Assembly (NCBI GenBank): GCA_964016885.1
Contig: OZ024759.1
Coordinates: 27,528,001 to 27,592,000, forward strand
Length of the DNA stretch: 64,000 bases
Direction of reading: 5' to 3'
Source: Eledone cirrhosa
Lineage: Eukaryota
Shown here: positions 51,504-64,000 of the stretch, one piece after another
Numbering within the stretch: position 1 is the stretch's first letter
Layout: every line of letters begins with the position of its first letter
Translations under genes and position numbers: made by a program
Notes under the pieces: model-generated
Told to the model about the DNA's origin: nothing
The model's input: only the letters and a program-made list of their open reading frames with translations
Databases searched by the model: none

Positions 51504-52857
51504 CTTCAGCAGCGGTCAGCTACCCCCACCTCTACCAATACGTTCCATGAACACGACATCAACAGAGGTCCTTACTTCTTCACCGGAAGCATTTGCCCCA
51601 GATTTCCGATCACTTCGTCTGAAATCACCCAACGGAGAGGTTCCCCGTGATGTCGGCAGCCCTCTCGACAATTCCAATCAAAGCGTTCCTGATTTTGTCT
51701 CAGTCAGTCGTACTGGCTACATGTACCCCGTTGGTCAGCAGGTGTTAAGACATTCCCAGAGTCTCTCCAGTCCAGAGCAGGACTCACTCCTAAACGTTTT
51801 TGAGTCTTCGCCAGAGAACAACGAGGGCTATTTGACTGCTTGTTTGAAAAAGAAGAACACGTCGGATGAAACTTCGACAACAGAGGCAGCAGCGAGCAAT
51901 TCTGAGAGCAATAATCTCAATAAATCCCAAAACAGCACACGACGACGAAGCAGGTTAAGATCACGTAGTTGTGAAGACCTGAATTCCTACATTAAAATGT
52001 CTGCTTTGAAAGGATCAGATCCTTCAACTCTGGAATCTAAGGCAGAACCGAAAAAGGAGAACAAAGAAAGTAAATACAACAACCCACCTGTGCCTTTCCC
52101 CCGACTTCAGAATCTCCGCAACAGTCTCTACTGTGACAGCAATGGGCTCAGCAACTACCGAACTGCATCCGTCTACTATGGAAACATTACCAAAAAGAAA
52201 AATGGTGTTTACGAACCGGCAAATCCAGGTGTTTCCGAACTCCGGCAGATCTTCGACGGTGGGGTCAAGAAGATGCGTAAATCTGTTTCGAATCCGAATT
52301 TCTTCAACATCTCCACTAAGGACAACTCGGTGTGTCCGATGGCGTTCGCTCCGGAGCCCAGCCCGCTCGGATCCAGCAACAAGAACAAATCCACCCACAA
52401 GTCCTGGAGAAACTTGTTCACGGATCGGCGGCGCAGGTCGAACCAAGACAACCAACAAAACAACAACAACAACCACAAAAACAACAACAACAACAACAAC
52501 AACAATAACAACAATAACACCACCACTACAACGACGGCAACAACAACATCAAACACCAACAGCAATTCCTCGGCAGCTGCCGAAGAAGGCCACTACTTGA
52601 ACGAATCCGCCATTTTACGCCCCTTGAACAAAGGTCGATCAAGCAGCTTCAGTAAGAAGTCCTCCCAAAACTATCACGCTACTAGTTCCCAAATGACAGA
52701 TACCTACGGCACTGGAGGTATGCGAGGTGTCCGAATGACGCCGAAAACACGATCTTACCGAAGACTGAAAAGCGAGAGTAGTGCTTCCTTTGGCAATAAT
52801 AAATCTCCATTAAAAGAAGCCACTCCGCCGCTTGCATCTGTAGAATCTCTCTGTTGA
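51504..52857 (+). CDS. Docking protein terminal coding exon: about 450-aa disordered Ser/Pro/Asn-rich tail with Tyr motifs
   Basis: TTTGTGTAG acceptor phase 2 joins ORF 51472-52857 in frame; non-repetitive long ORF; motifs PPPLPIR, PPVPFPR, YIKM, YNNP, YGN, YLN, RSRSCEDL; poly-Asn tract; stop TGA. Confidence 0.88.
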
Positions 52858-52889
52858 CACCATTTCTTCCATCATGTACGATGGGTAAG

Positions 52890-52930
<41 letters not shown>

Positions 52931-53024
52931 AACAATGTATGAAGCCAAATTTCTAGCTTCTGAAACGTGGAGAATATATGTATTTATAAGTATAAAGAAA
53001 GTGCTTTATACTTATATATATATA

Positions 53025-53102
53025 CAGGGCGTCCTAAAAAAAATGTATAGACACTTCAACAGCATTCTAATAAATATGTGTATATATTTTTGGGGGGACA
53101 GC

Positions 53103-53157
<55 letters not shown>

Positions 53158-53230
53158 GGGTATCCCCAAAAATGTATAAACACTTCAACAGCATTCTAAT
53201 AAATGTATATACATTTTTGGGGGACACCCT

Positions 53231-53287
<57 letters not shown>

Positions 53288-53361
53288 GGTGTCCCAAAAA
53301 ATGTACAAACACTTCAACAACATTCTAAAAAATATGTGTATATATTTTATGGGATACCCTG
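53025..53361 (+). mobile_element. Three tandem about 78-bp Tc1-like mini-MITEs
   Basis: 53025-53105, 53156-53231, 53285-53361; CAGGGTGTCCC...GGGACACCCTG-type TIRs separated by (TA)n. Confidence 0.7.
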
Positions 53362-55173
53362 TGTATGTATATATATATACATACACAAACAACTGTATGT
53401 ATATATATATATATATACATACAGAAACAACTGTATGTGGAGGTGTTTGTACATATGTGCATTTATGAGAGTGTTTGAGTGTGTGCGTGCAAGTGTTTGC
53501 ATGAGTCTGTCTATAAACATGTGCATGTATGCGAGCAATTGAAAAGCACTTGTATGTGCATACGTGTTTGCACGAGTCTGTTTGTACATAGGTGCATGGA
53601 TGAGAGCATTTGTGTGTGTGTGTGCGTATGAGGCTATTTGTATATATGTAGTTGTATGTGAGCATCTGTGTGTATGGGTATATGTGAGCATGTGTGTGTA
53701 TGGGCATATGTGAGTATGCATGCTTTCTCCTCTATCACCCTCTCCCTTCCAAATTCTAACCTGGATCCCAAATAAACAGAAGAAGAAAAAGAAGAAGAAG
53801 AAGAAGAAGAAGAAGAAAAAAAAAAAGAAAATGTAATAATGTAATAATAAAGAAACTGCTGTAAAAAACAAGTAGAAATATATTCAGAACCTTATTAACT
53901 CTGCTGGTCTCTCTCTGTCTCTCTATCTCTGTGTGTATCATCATCATCATCATCTTTTACGTCCACTTTTCCCTGCTGGCAAGGGTGGGACGGGAACTGA
54001 GTCTGGCTTGATTTTCAAAACTAATTTTTTAAGGTTTCCCCTTAAAAAATTGTTTTTCATTTTGTTTTGATAGCAAACCAATTGTAAGGTATTAAACGAG
54101 ATAAGAACTTTACTCTATCATTTTCTTGGTTTGAAAACATTTAGAAGACCATTCGCTATCAGTTTTAAAGTAGTGACTATGTCACTTACTCTTCTACCCT
54201 CCATCAGGCATCTACCCTCCTCTGAACGCCTTGCTTCCCTGGGCATGGATACATTGAAGAGAGAGTGTGAGATAGGGAGAGAGAGAGAGGGAGCGAAAAA
54301 GAAAGAGAAAGAAATTGAGAGATGGGAGGTGGGGGTTATGGAGGGGAGGTCTACTCTATTACTCTATCGCATTGTTCCAGCCTGGGAGGCTGAGGCCATG
54401 CTGGGGCACTGCCATATATTATATTTGTTCCTTCCTTCTTAACCTGATGAATAACCACCAGGACACCGTAACTAGGAAACAACAAACATGAAAGAAAAGA
54501 AATCAGACAAAAAGAAAAAGAAAATACTGTAGAGTAAGAGATAAGATAAACTATGACAGTCACTGGGTTTTTTTTATTGTCACTCCTTCGTTCTGTCCTA
54601 CACCATCTTGTTTTTATGTCGAATCAATCAATCAACCAACAGAGCTGTGTGTGTTTTTATTGGCAGTATGACCCTCCCAAAGTATAACAATATCTGTTTC
54701 AACACACATTTTCAGATAAGAAATCTTGCAAATCAAATTGAAAAACGAAGTATATATGTATATATGTATATATATATTTATACATATATAGATGTGCGAG
54801 TGTGGTGTCTGTAATACTTGCTCAAGAGTGTTTCTTCTCAGATCTTCTGCTGTCCAGCTCTCCTGAAAGTTTCCTTACCACTATATATATATAATCATAT
54901 ATGCGTGTATGTGTATATGTATTTATATATATATACATGTGTGTGTTTATGTACATATACAGGGTGGCCCAAAAGTCACACAGGTCGCAACTGTTTATAA
55001 TTTTTTTTATTTGTGTTGAGATTTTATTCATATATATATAAGGATTGAGGAGTGCTAAATAATTTCCATTATGTCCTCTAAGTTGTATCAAAATTTCATA
55101 CACCAATCTGTACAATTCAGGAAGTTAATAAAAATAAAATCCCCGTGTGACTTTTGTATAAGTGTGTGGTGTG

Positions 55174-55204
<31 letters not shown>

Positions 55205-56514
55205 GTGTATGTGTGTGTGTACATGTGTATATATATATATACATACATGTGTGTATGTATGTAATATATATGTGTGTGTGTGTGTGTGTGTACGTGTAAA
55301 ACCAGTAAAATTGTAAAATAAAATAGAAACTGTATGACTTTTGTATAAGTGTGTGGATGTGTATATATATATATATGTGTGTGTGTAGATGTGTATATAT
55401 ATACATGTGTGTATGTATATATATATATGTATGTGTGTGTATGTGTACGTGTAAACCAGTAAAATTGTAAAATAAAATAGAAACCTTATTTCACATTACC
55501 AGGTTCTGCAGTCACATGATTGTTTCCAACCAATCAACTGTCTGTTGGTATTATGTTGAGACTGAGCCGAGGAAAATGAAACTGCAAATATAGAAAATAA
55601 TGGGGTCAGACATCCAGTCATGTAATACTCAATATATATTGATATATCTCTTACATGGAATTAATACTGATGTATGATATACGACACTGTATTAACCCAT
55701 TAGTATTTACATTACTCTATATTTACTACCGTATTTTCATGGTAGAGACTTTATCTTACATAATTATCTCACATAATATCAAATCTATGAAATTTTGATA
55801 ATATTTATTTTGAAAACAATACCTTAAGATAAGTATGAGCAGCCAGTTACAGCTGGTTTTAACAGAAAAAGGGGAGAGAATTCTGGCCGGATACAGCCGG
55901 TTTAAATGCTAAAAGGTTAAGATGTGTGCCAAGCAGCTGAAGTGTATGATAAAGTCGAATGTGCAATATAAATGTAAATGTGAAAGAAAGGAAGAAGTTG
56001 GATGAACTGAGAGAGAAGCTGGTCTTAAGAGGAATCCAAGATGGTTGCAAGAGAGAAGACTGCATTGGTATCGACATATCCATACCACACATACATACAC
56101 ATTCACACAAACACACACACATACATACACAAACACAAGCGCAAAAACATACATGCATGCACACATGAACACACAAACACAAGCGCAAAAACATACATGC
56201 ATGCACACATGAACACACAAGCACACACACACACATGCACAAACACCATAAACACACTTATGCACACACACACACACACACACACACAAACATGCAAACA
56301 CATAGACAAACACATTTTTTTTTGTTGGATAACTTAACAAATATCCCATTAATACATAGTGTACCCTAATCCCCACCAAAATAATTTAATGATCATAAAA
56401 TAAAGTATTTATTGGTTATAATTACTGAAATTTTTTTAAATTAAACTTTATGCAAATTATGCCTTGTAAGGTGGTAATGCCAGAGTCAAGATAAAATATT
56501 TCCATATACACTAT

Positions 56515-56862
56515 ACACTATAATGTGGTTGGTGTTATGAAAGGCATCCAGCTGTAGAAACCATGCTCCTAGTATACACTGTAAAGTGGTTGGTGTTATG
56601 AAAGGCATCCAGCTGTAGAAACCATGCTCCTAGTACACACTGTAAAGTGGTTGGTGTTATGAAAGGCATCCAGCTGTAGAAACCATGCTCCCAGTACACA
56701 CTGTAATGTGGTTGGTGTTATGAAAGGCATCCAGCTATAGAAACCATGCTCCTAGTACACACTGTAAAGTGGTTGGTGTTATGAAAGGCATCCAGCTGTA
56801 GAAACCATCTTCCCAGTACACACTGTGAAGTGGGTGGTGTTAGGAAAAGACATCAAGCTGTA
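56515..56862 (+). repeat. 61-bp minisatellite derived from SINE body
   Basis: cactgtaaagtggttggtgttatgaaaggcatccagctgtagaaac.. matches 7240-7290. Confidence 0.88.
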
Positions 56863-56984
56863 GTTACTAAGCAAAACCTAGTCACTTGTCTGGTCTGACC
56901 TCAGTATGCGACAGCTGTCTTACTACCCAAGTAAGCATTTTGAATTAAATGGTGATGATGATAATACACAATGAAACGGTTTTC

Positions 56985-57308
56985 ATTTTACATCCGCTTT
57001 TCCCTGCTAGCAAGGGTGGGACGGGAACTGATTCTGGCTTGATTTCTACAGCTGGATGCCCTTCCTAACACCAACCTCATTTACAGTGAGTGCAGGGTGC
57101 TTTTTTTGCCGTGGCACCTCCACGTCCACTTTGCAGTGGAATGATAGGGACCCCAGTCCCTATCATCTCATTTCTACAGCTGAGTAAACTGGATCAATGT
57201 GAAATAAAGTGTCTTGCTCAAGGAAACAACACATCGCTCGGTCTGAGAATTGAACTCACAACCTTTCGATTGCAAAGCCAATGCTCTACCCACTAAGCCA
57301 TATGCCTC
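56985..57308 (-). mobile_element. CORE-type SINE copy
   Basis: Reverse-complement near identity to 6979-7367. Confidence 0.8.
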
Positions 57309-57489
57309 CAATTTATTGTAGAAATTCACAGAAGTTTATTTCCACACAATTCTCAGAATATTACTATTCAGCCATTGAAATCCTGTTTCGTAAATCGCTC
57401 TATTATGTAACTAATTCCTCGAAAATCAAGTTCCTTTTCTGAATAAAATGAATAGCTGTACTAATTCCAGAGTCACCACATGTATATCT

Positions 57490-57868
57490 ATGCTGATGAT
57501 GATGGTGGTTGTGTTGATGGTGTTGATGCTGATAATGGTGATGGTGGTGATGGTGGTGTTGATGGTGGTGGTTGTGTTGATAGTGGTGGTGATGATGATG
57601 GTGGTGGCCAAGGTGGTGTTGATGCTGATAATGGTGGTGGTGGTGTTGGTGGTGGTGATGATGATAATAATAATGATGATGGTGATAATGATGGTGGTGG
57701 TGGTGGTCGTTGTGATGATGATAACGATGGTGGTGATGGTGTTGATGATGACGATGATGGTGGTGATGATGATGATGACAGTAATGATGGTGGTGGTGGT
57801 GGTAGTGGTGGTGATGATGATGATGATGATGACAATGATGATAATGGTGGTGGTGGTAGTGATGATGT
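57490..57868 (+). repeat. (GAT/GGT)n low-complexity repeat
   Basis: Trinucleotide composition. Confidence 0.9.
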
Positions 57869-58565
57869 GTTAAAAGTCTAAAAACTAGGACTCAATATAT
57901 CACATGACATTTTTAACTAGAGCAAAACTAGTTTTTTTTGTTTTTTTTAAATCAGCAAAATAACTTACCTCATTCTCACCAACTTTACCATATTCCATGA
58001 AAAATGCCAGCATTCTGGAGACATTAAGAAGATCTGCATGTACCTGTATATAGAGAAGTAAATACCATAATTCACTCATAACAGCCACTTTCTTTCTGGC
58101 CCTTAAATCCTTGTGGAGTCATAGGGGCACTGAAATGACATACAGCATTTCTAGGGCATTTTTAAAACCTGGCAGAGCCCAACTCCACTCCAGGTCTGAA
58201 CACAATGAAATTCTCCCAAAGAAGGAGAGAGATAGAGAACGACAAGGAAACAATGTTACCTTTGGTTTCTCCATTACTAGCATTATCTGTCAGTCACAAC
58301 TCTGAGCAGAAAAAAGGAGATGATTGTCAGATCAGACCAAGAAAACTATGTTTCCATTGGTCTTTCTATTGTTGATACTATCTGCCAATCACAATTCCTG
58401 GGTCTTTCCATTACTGATATTATCTGTCAGAAGAAGGGAGCTGATTGTCAGATCAGACCAAGAAAACTATATTTCCATGGGTCTTTCCATTACTGATATT
58501 ATTATCTGCCAGTCACAACACCTGGCAGAAGAAAGGAGCTGATCATCAGATCAGACCAAGAAAAC

Positions 58566-58906
58566 TGTAGCGGTTGTCTCCCTTGTTTGGATTAACATCT
58601 AGACGGGAAGTAGAACCCTTTCTGTAACTTCCGGTCAGAACCCTATAAAACTAACAACTTTAAGTTCTCACTCTCTCATTTGGCTCTGCCTCTCATTTGG
58701 CCTTCCGGCGCCTGGCTGGCCTTAGCCAGGCGTCCTCTGCCAGCCGCGTTTGCCTGGCAATCAAAACGGTAACGACTAACTTTGTTTCATTCTATCATCT
58801 ATTTCTTTGACATGTCAACTATACTATCTACCATTGTTAATTAAATATTATACACACAAACAATGAATTCCTTGTTACATCCGTACAACCCAGTACCCTC
58901 GCTATA
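58566..58906 (+). mobile_element. Solo LTR
   Basis: Termini TGTAGCG...CGCTATA, AAAC duplication, TATAAAA near 58644 and ATTAAA near 58840; interrupts one unit of a local repeat whose uninterrupted version is at 58451-58500. Confidence 0.7.
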
Positions 58907-61544
58907 AAACTATATTTCCATTGGTCTTTCCATTACTGATATTATCTGTCAGTCACAAACCGTGGCAAAAGAAAGGAGTTGGTTGTCAAATCAGCATTAC
59001 AGAAGTATTTTGTAGAGGTTAAGTGATTTTATATGTTTATAATAGAAGAAGCGAAGAGAGTTAAGATTTTATGGACAGCTATTTGTTTAAGTGTGGCTCT
59101 GTTAATATGTTACTATTACTATATTACACAGCAGACTAAGCAGTACCATTTTAACTCTTCAGCATTTAAACCGGCCATATATTGTGAAGGTGGGTGGCTG
59201 AGTGGTTAGAGAATTGGATTCGCAATCGTGAGGTTGTGAGTTTAATTCGCGGACTGGGCATTGCGTTGTGTCCTTGAGCAAGACACTTTATTTCACGTTT
59301 CTCCTTCTACCTGGATTTGCGACTGATAGATAGTATTAGCAATTGGAAAGACCAATGGAAACATTGTTTCCTCGGTCCGGTTTGACGAAAGTCGATCGAC
59401 TGTCGATATCTGGCCAGAATTCTCACCTCTTTCTGTTCAAACCGGCCATAACCTGCTGCTCATACTGACATTAAGGCATTGTTCTCAAAATAAATAATAT
59501 CAAAATCTCATAGATTCAATATTATGTGAGATAATTATGAGATGAAGCCTTTACTGTGAAAATATTATAGTATATATAGAGTAATTGTTTCTTCTTTAGG
59601 CACAAGGCCAGCAATTACCCAGTGCATTACTGGTACTTTATTTTATTGACCCCGTAAGGATGAAAGGCAAAGTCAACCTCGGCGGGATTTGAACTCAGAT
59701 CGTAAAGGGACGTAACTATGCTGGAAAGCATGGCGTCCGACCCTCTACCGATACTGCCAATCCACCGCCCTTAGTATATATAGAGTAATGTAAATGGTAA
59801 AGGGTTAATATTATAGAACTGGCAATCACAGATGTACAACATAGATTCAGTATGTCTTTAATATTTAGTCATAGGCTTGCTCTATCAGGGCTGACCTGGG
59901 GCTAAACAACCTTTTGTTAACCCTTTAGTATTTAAACTGGCCGTAATTGGCCGCTCATACCGACATTAAGGTATTGTTCTCAAAATAAATAATTATTTCT
60001 ACTTTTGGCACAAGGCCAGCAATTACTCCATTTCATTAGTGGTACTTTATTTTATCGACTCCTAGATTCGATATTATGTGAGACAAAGCCTTTACCATGA
60101 AAATACAATAATAAATATAGTAATATGAATGCTAAAGGATTAATAAGGGTTTCAAAATTAGGCACAAAGTCAGCATTTTGTTGATTATATCGACTCCAGT
60201 ACATAACTGCTACTTTATTTTATCTACTCAGGATGAAAGGTAAAGTTCACCTTGGCAGGATTTGAACGCAGGACAATAAAAACTAAATATCAATATAGGT
60301 ACTGTACTAACTGGGTGTAGAAAGGTGAGTGAACAACACCAATTAACTATTAATTAATAAAGAAACCATACTAACCAGGTGTACTAAGGTGAGTGAACAC
60401 TAATTAACTATTAAACAGTAAAGAAACTATACTAACCAGGTGTACAGGCTGTTCCTGAGTAGAAGAACTGGATATCATTAACCTCTCACCTACAAATGTC
60501 CCTGTCAGGTAAACTGAAGCCACCTGCGAATTGGAAATGAAAGGTGGTTAGCTAATTGATGTCACCTGTGAACTGGAAATGAAAAGTGACTAATTAATGA
60601 GGTCACCTGTTAATTGGAAATGAAAAGTAATCACTGTGTTTCCCGGTGTCGAAGATGCTACTTTTTACCTAAAATAAGTCTCAAAAATCCACCATGGGTC
60701 CTGGAGGCCGAAGATTTATTAATTTTTTTTCAAATTTTTAGTTGTCAAAATTAGAGTGTGTTCTCGAGGATGAAGCGTCTTCAACGCTGGGAAATAGGGT
60801 AGTTAAGTCATCAACATTTATGAAAATGTGAGAATCTTTCTGTCTGTAAATCTTTTTGATAAGCACAAAAGTGTCCAGAGGCCCCTTCAGCTGTGTCAAA
60901 GACAAAACCACCTCCCTAGTGATGCTGATCCACATGATAAGCAATCCTCCAATACATGCTGTTAAGTGTTGTAAAACCTGCCAAACAAAGAGTCACGAGG
61001 GGGGCCCCCTTCAGCTGTGTCAAAGACACAACCACCACCCTAGGGTTGGTGATCCACATGATAAACGAACCCCCCCCCCCCCTCCACACACACACACACA
61101 CACCCAGTACACTCTGTAAAGTTGTTGGTGATAGGAACGGCATCCAACTATAGAAAACCCTGCCAAATTTTTGGGGGAGGAGGTCAAAGTTGATAGAATT
61201 AACCTCAACTACTGACTGCTTCCTCATTTTATAGACCCCCCCCCCTCCTCCAGAAGTATGAAAGGCAAAGTTGACCTTGGCAGGATTTGAACTCAGAATA
61301 TCTGGCCCTGATATATATATATATATATATATATGTAAGTATGCACATGTACACACATATATATACACACACATATATATTCATATACACACACACATAT
61401 ATATGTACATATGCATATGTACGTATGGGTTATATCAAACATTAATAATAATATTCGATTCATTTGTAAACAAACAGCCCGGTTTAAAGCTGTACTGTGC
61501 TGGTGACCGATCCTCACCTGTTTGTTCAACACTGGCTTTGAGGA

Positions 61545-61587
61545 ACAATCAACATGTTTCTGGGTCATTACCCTTCATCAGGACTGT
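61545..61587 (-). ncRNA. Minimal type-I hammerhead ribozyme motif (family E)
   Basis: Reverse complement acagtc-CTGATGA-a-gggt-aatg-accc-a-GAAA-CATG-TT-gattgt: 6-bp stem I, 4-bp stem II, AACATGTT palindrome, GUU site. Confidence 0.8.
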
Positions 61588-62628
61588 ATACTGCTGCCAA
61601 TCTGTTGAACGGTTGATATATAGTATTTTCTTAAGTACACATCAGTTGAGTATATATATAAGTATGTTTAGAGCAGGGTTTCCCCAAATCTTTTCAAAAG
61701 CGGAACCCTTCTTGGTTCAGAAACTTTTGGGGGTACCCTAAAGTCTAATACTGTTATATGGTCGTAATATAAATATACTCCTCTACCTTTTTTCATGGAA
61801 CCCCAGACACTCGTTTGCGGAATCCACTTTGGGAAGCACTGGCTTAGAGCCACACCCTGTCCGGGTGGGTCACATTTAAAAGAAAATGTATTTTTATTTT
61901 ATCATCAGTTTTTATTAACACTAAATCATTAAAAATTATATATAAGAGTTCTGTATGAGCAAGATAGTCATCTGATCTGACTAGTCTCACAACGGGATAT
62001 CTCGTCTAAACCATGCTAGCATGGAAGAATGGACATTAAGCAGTGATGATGATAATGATACATATAATTTAATTTTGTAATTAAATTATATGTAATAATT
62101 GTTTCTACTTTAGGCACAAATTAATAAGTAATAATTGTTTCTACTTTAGGCACAAGGCCAGCAATTACCCAGTGCATTACTGATACTTTATTTTATCGAC
62201 CCCGTAAGGATGAAAGGCAAAGTCAACCTCGGCGGGATTTGAACTCAGATCGTAAAGGGACGTAACTAGGCTGGAAAGCATGGCGTCCGACTCTCTACCA
62301 ATACTGCCAATCCACAATCATGTATAATGAATTATTTTAAATTTTTTTAACCCAAATTACTTTTAGGAATATTTCAAGTATCATATAGCTCAAGGCTTCA
62401 GCTGGTGAACATCCAGGCCTTGACTGTAGGTTGTAAGGTAGGACGAAGAGGGGGATGCGAGGTGGAAGGAGGAAGAGGGAGATGAGAGGGGAAGGAGGAA
62501 GAGGGGTATGAGAGAGAGAGAGAGAGAGATGAAGAGGGAGATCAGGAAACAGAGAGAGAAAGAGGAGAAAGAGGGAGAGGAGAGAGGAAGAGAGAGAGAG
62601 GAGGAAACAAGCGATGAAAGGGAGGGGA

Positions 62629-62677
<49 letters not shown>

Positions 62678-62784
62678 AGAGGAAAGTCAGGAGATGGTTG
62701 TTCATTAATTTCCAAGTATTGTTTGTTAATTTCCAAGAAATAAAAGACTTTCTTGTTCTCCATATCACACATCTATGAGTAATT

Positions 62785-64000
62785 AGGTGGTGGTGGTGGT
62801 GTGGTGGTGGTGAGGAGGTGGTGTGGGAGTGGTGAGGGAGTGTTGCGGAGGTGGTGTGGGAGTGGTGAGAAGGTGGTGTGGTGGTGAGGAGCTGGTGTGG
62901 TGGTGGTGGTGAGGAGGTGGTGTGGTGGTGGTGAGGAGGTGGTGTGGTGGTGGTGAGGAGGTGGTGTGGTGGTGGTGATGAGGAGGTGGTGTGGTGGTGG
63001 TGAGGAGGTGGTGTGGTGGTGGTGAGGAGGTGGTGTGGTGATGATGAGGAGGTGGTGTGGTGATGATGAGGAGCTGGTGTGGTGGTGATGAGGAGCTGGT
63101 GTGGTGGTGATGAGGAGCTGGTGTGGTGGTGATGAGGAGCTGGTGTGGTGGTGATGAGGAGGTGGTGTGGTGGTGATGAGGAGGTGGTGTGGTGGTGGTG
63201 AGGAGGTGGTGTGGTGGTGGTGATGAGGAGGTGGTGTGGTGGTGGTGAGGAGGTGGTGTGGTGGTGGTGAGGAGGTGGTGTGGTGGTGATGAGGAGGTGG
63301 TGTGGTGGTGATGAGGAGGTGGTGTGGTGGTGGTGAGGAGGTGGTGTGGTGGTGGTGAGGAGGTGGTGTGGTGATGATGAGGAGCTGGTGTGGTGGTGAT
63401 GAGGAGCTGGTGTGGTGGTGATGAGGAGCTGGTGTGGTGGTGGTGAGGAGCTGGTGTGGTGGTGATGAGGAGCTGGTGTGGTGGTGATGAGGAGCTGGTG
63501 TGGTGGTGGTGAGGAGCTGGTGTGGTGGTGATGAGGAGGCGGTGTGGTGGTGGTGATGAGGAGCTGGTGTGGTGGTGGTGAGGAGCTGGTGTGGTGGTGA
63601 TGAGGAGGTGGTGTGGTGGTGATGAGGAGGCGGTGTGGTGGTGATGAGGAGGCGGTGTGGTGGTGATGAGGAGGCGGTGTGGTGGTGATGAGGAGGCGGT
63701 GTGGTGGTGATGAGGAGGTAGTTTGGTGGTGATGAGGAGGTGGTGTGGTGGTGGTGAGGAGGTGGTGTGGGAGTGGTGAGGAGGTGGTGTGGGAGTGGTG
63801 AGGAGGTGGTGTGGGAGTGGTGAGGAGGTGGTGAGGAGGTGGTGTGGTGGTGAGGAGCTGGTGTGGTGGTGGTGGTGAGGAGGTGGTGTGGTGGTGGTGA
63901 GGAGGTGGTGTGGTGGTGGTGATGAGGAGGTGGTGTGGTGGTGGTGAGGAGGTGGTGTGGTGGTGGTGATGAGGAGGTGGTGTGGTGGTGATGAGGAGCT
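62785..64000 (+). repeat. G-rich minisatellite, about 20-26-bp unit, runs off the window end
   Basis: gaggaggtggtgtggtggtgat variants. Confidence 0.92.

Noticed and set aside
54443-54485. CTGATGA...GAAAC
   Set aside because: No stem pairing or cleavage triplet; the same applies to isolated CTGANGA at about 19055, 25783, 33140 and 43015.

Overview
AT-rich, microsatellite-dense eukaryotic DNA. The SINE families and repeat landscape point to an octopod cephalopod (inference). Nearly all tracked ORFs are artefacts of simple repeats. I can reconstruct one host gene on the + strand: 7 frame-consistent GT-AG exons (42326-52857, 744 codons plus a candidate 7-codon first exon at 41184-41204) encoding a PH + IRS-type PTB docking protein (DOK/IRS/FRS2-like) with a long Tyr/Pro-motif tail. 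The rest is mobile DNA: a TIR-bounded DD37D (maT) transposon relic, a mariner relic, RTE/CRE/CR1 LINE fragments, Helitron-type elements, piggyBac-type and 6-bp-TSD MITEs, a solo LTR, and several tRNA-derived SINE families. The most notable signal is a set of about nine type-I hammerhead ribozyme motifs from five sequence families. Five have intact cores and paired stems, most have palindromic minimal stem III, and one pair shows stem II replaced while pairing is retained. Several sit in inverted or tandem terminal repeats typical of Penelope-like elements or retrozymes. Other points: SINE parts amplified into minisatellites (including about 31 tandem Pol III A-boxes), a SINE sharing its 3' tail with an RTE LINE in the same window, and nested insertions. 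All folding and translation was done by eye; no searches were run.
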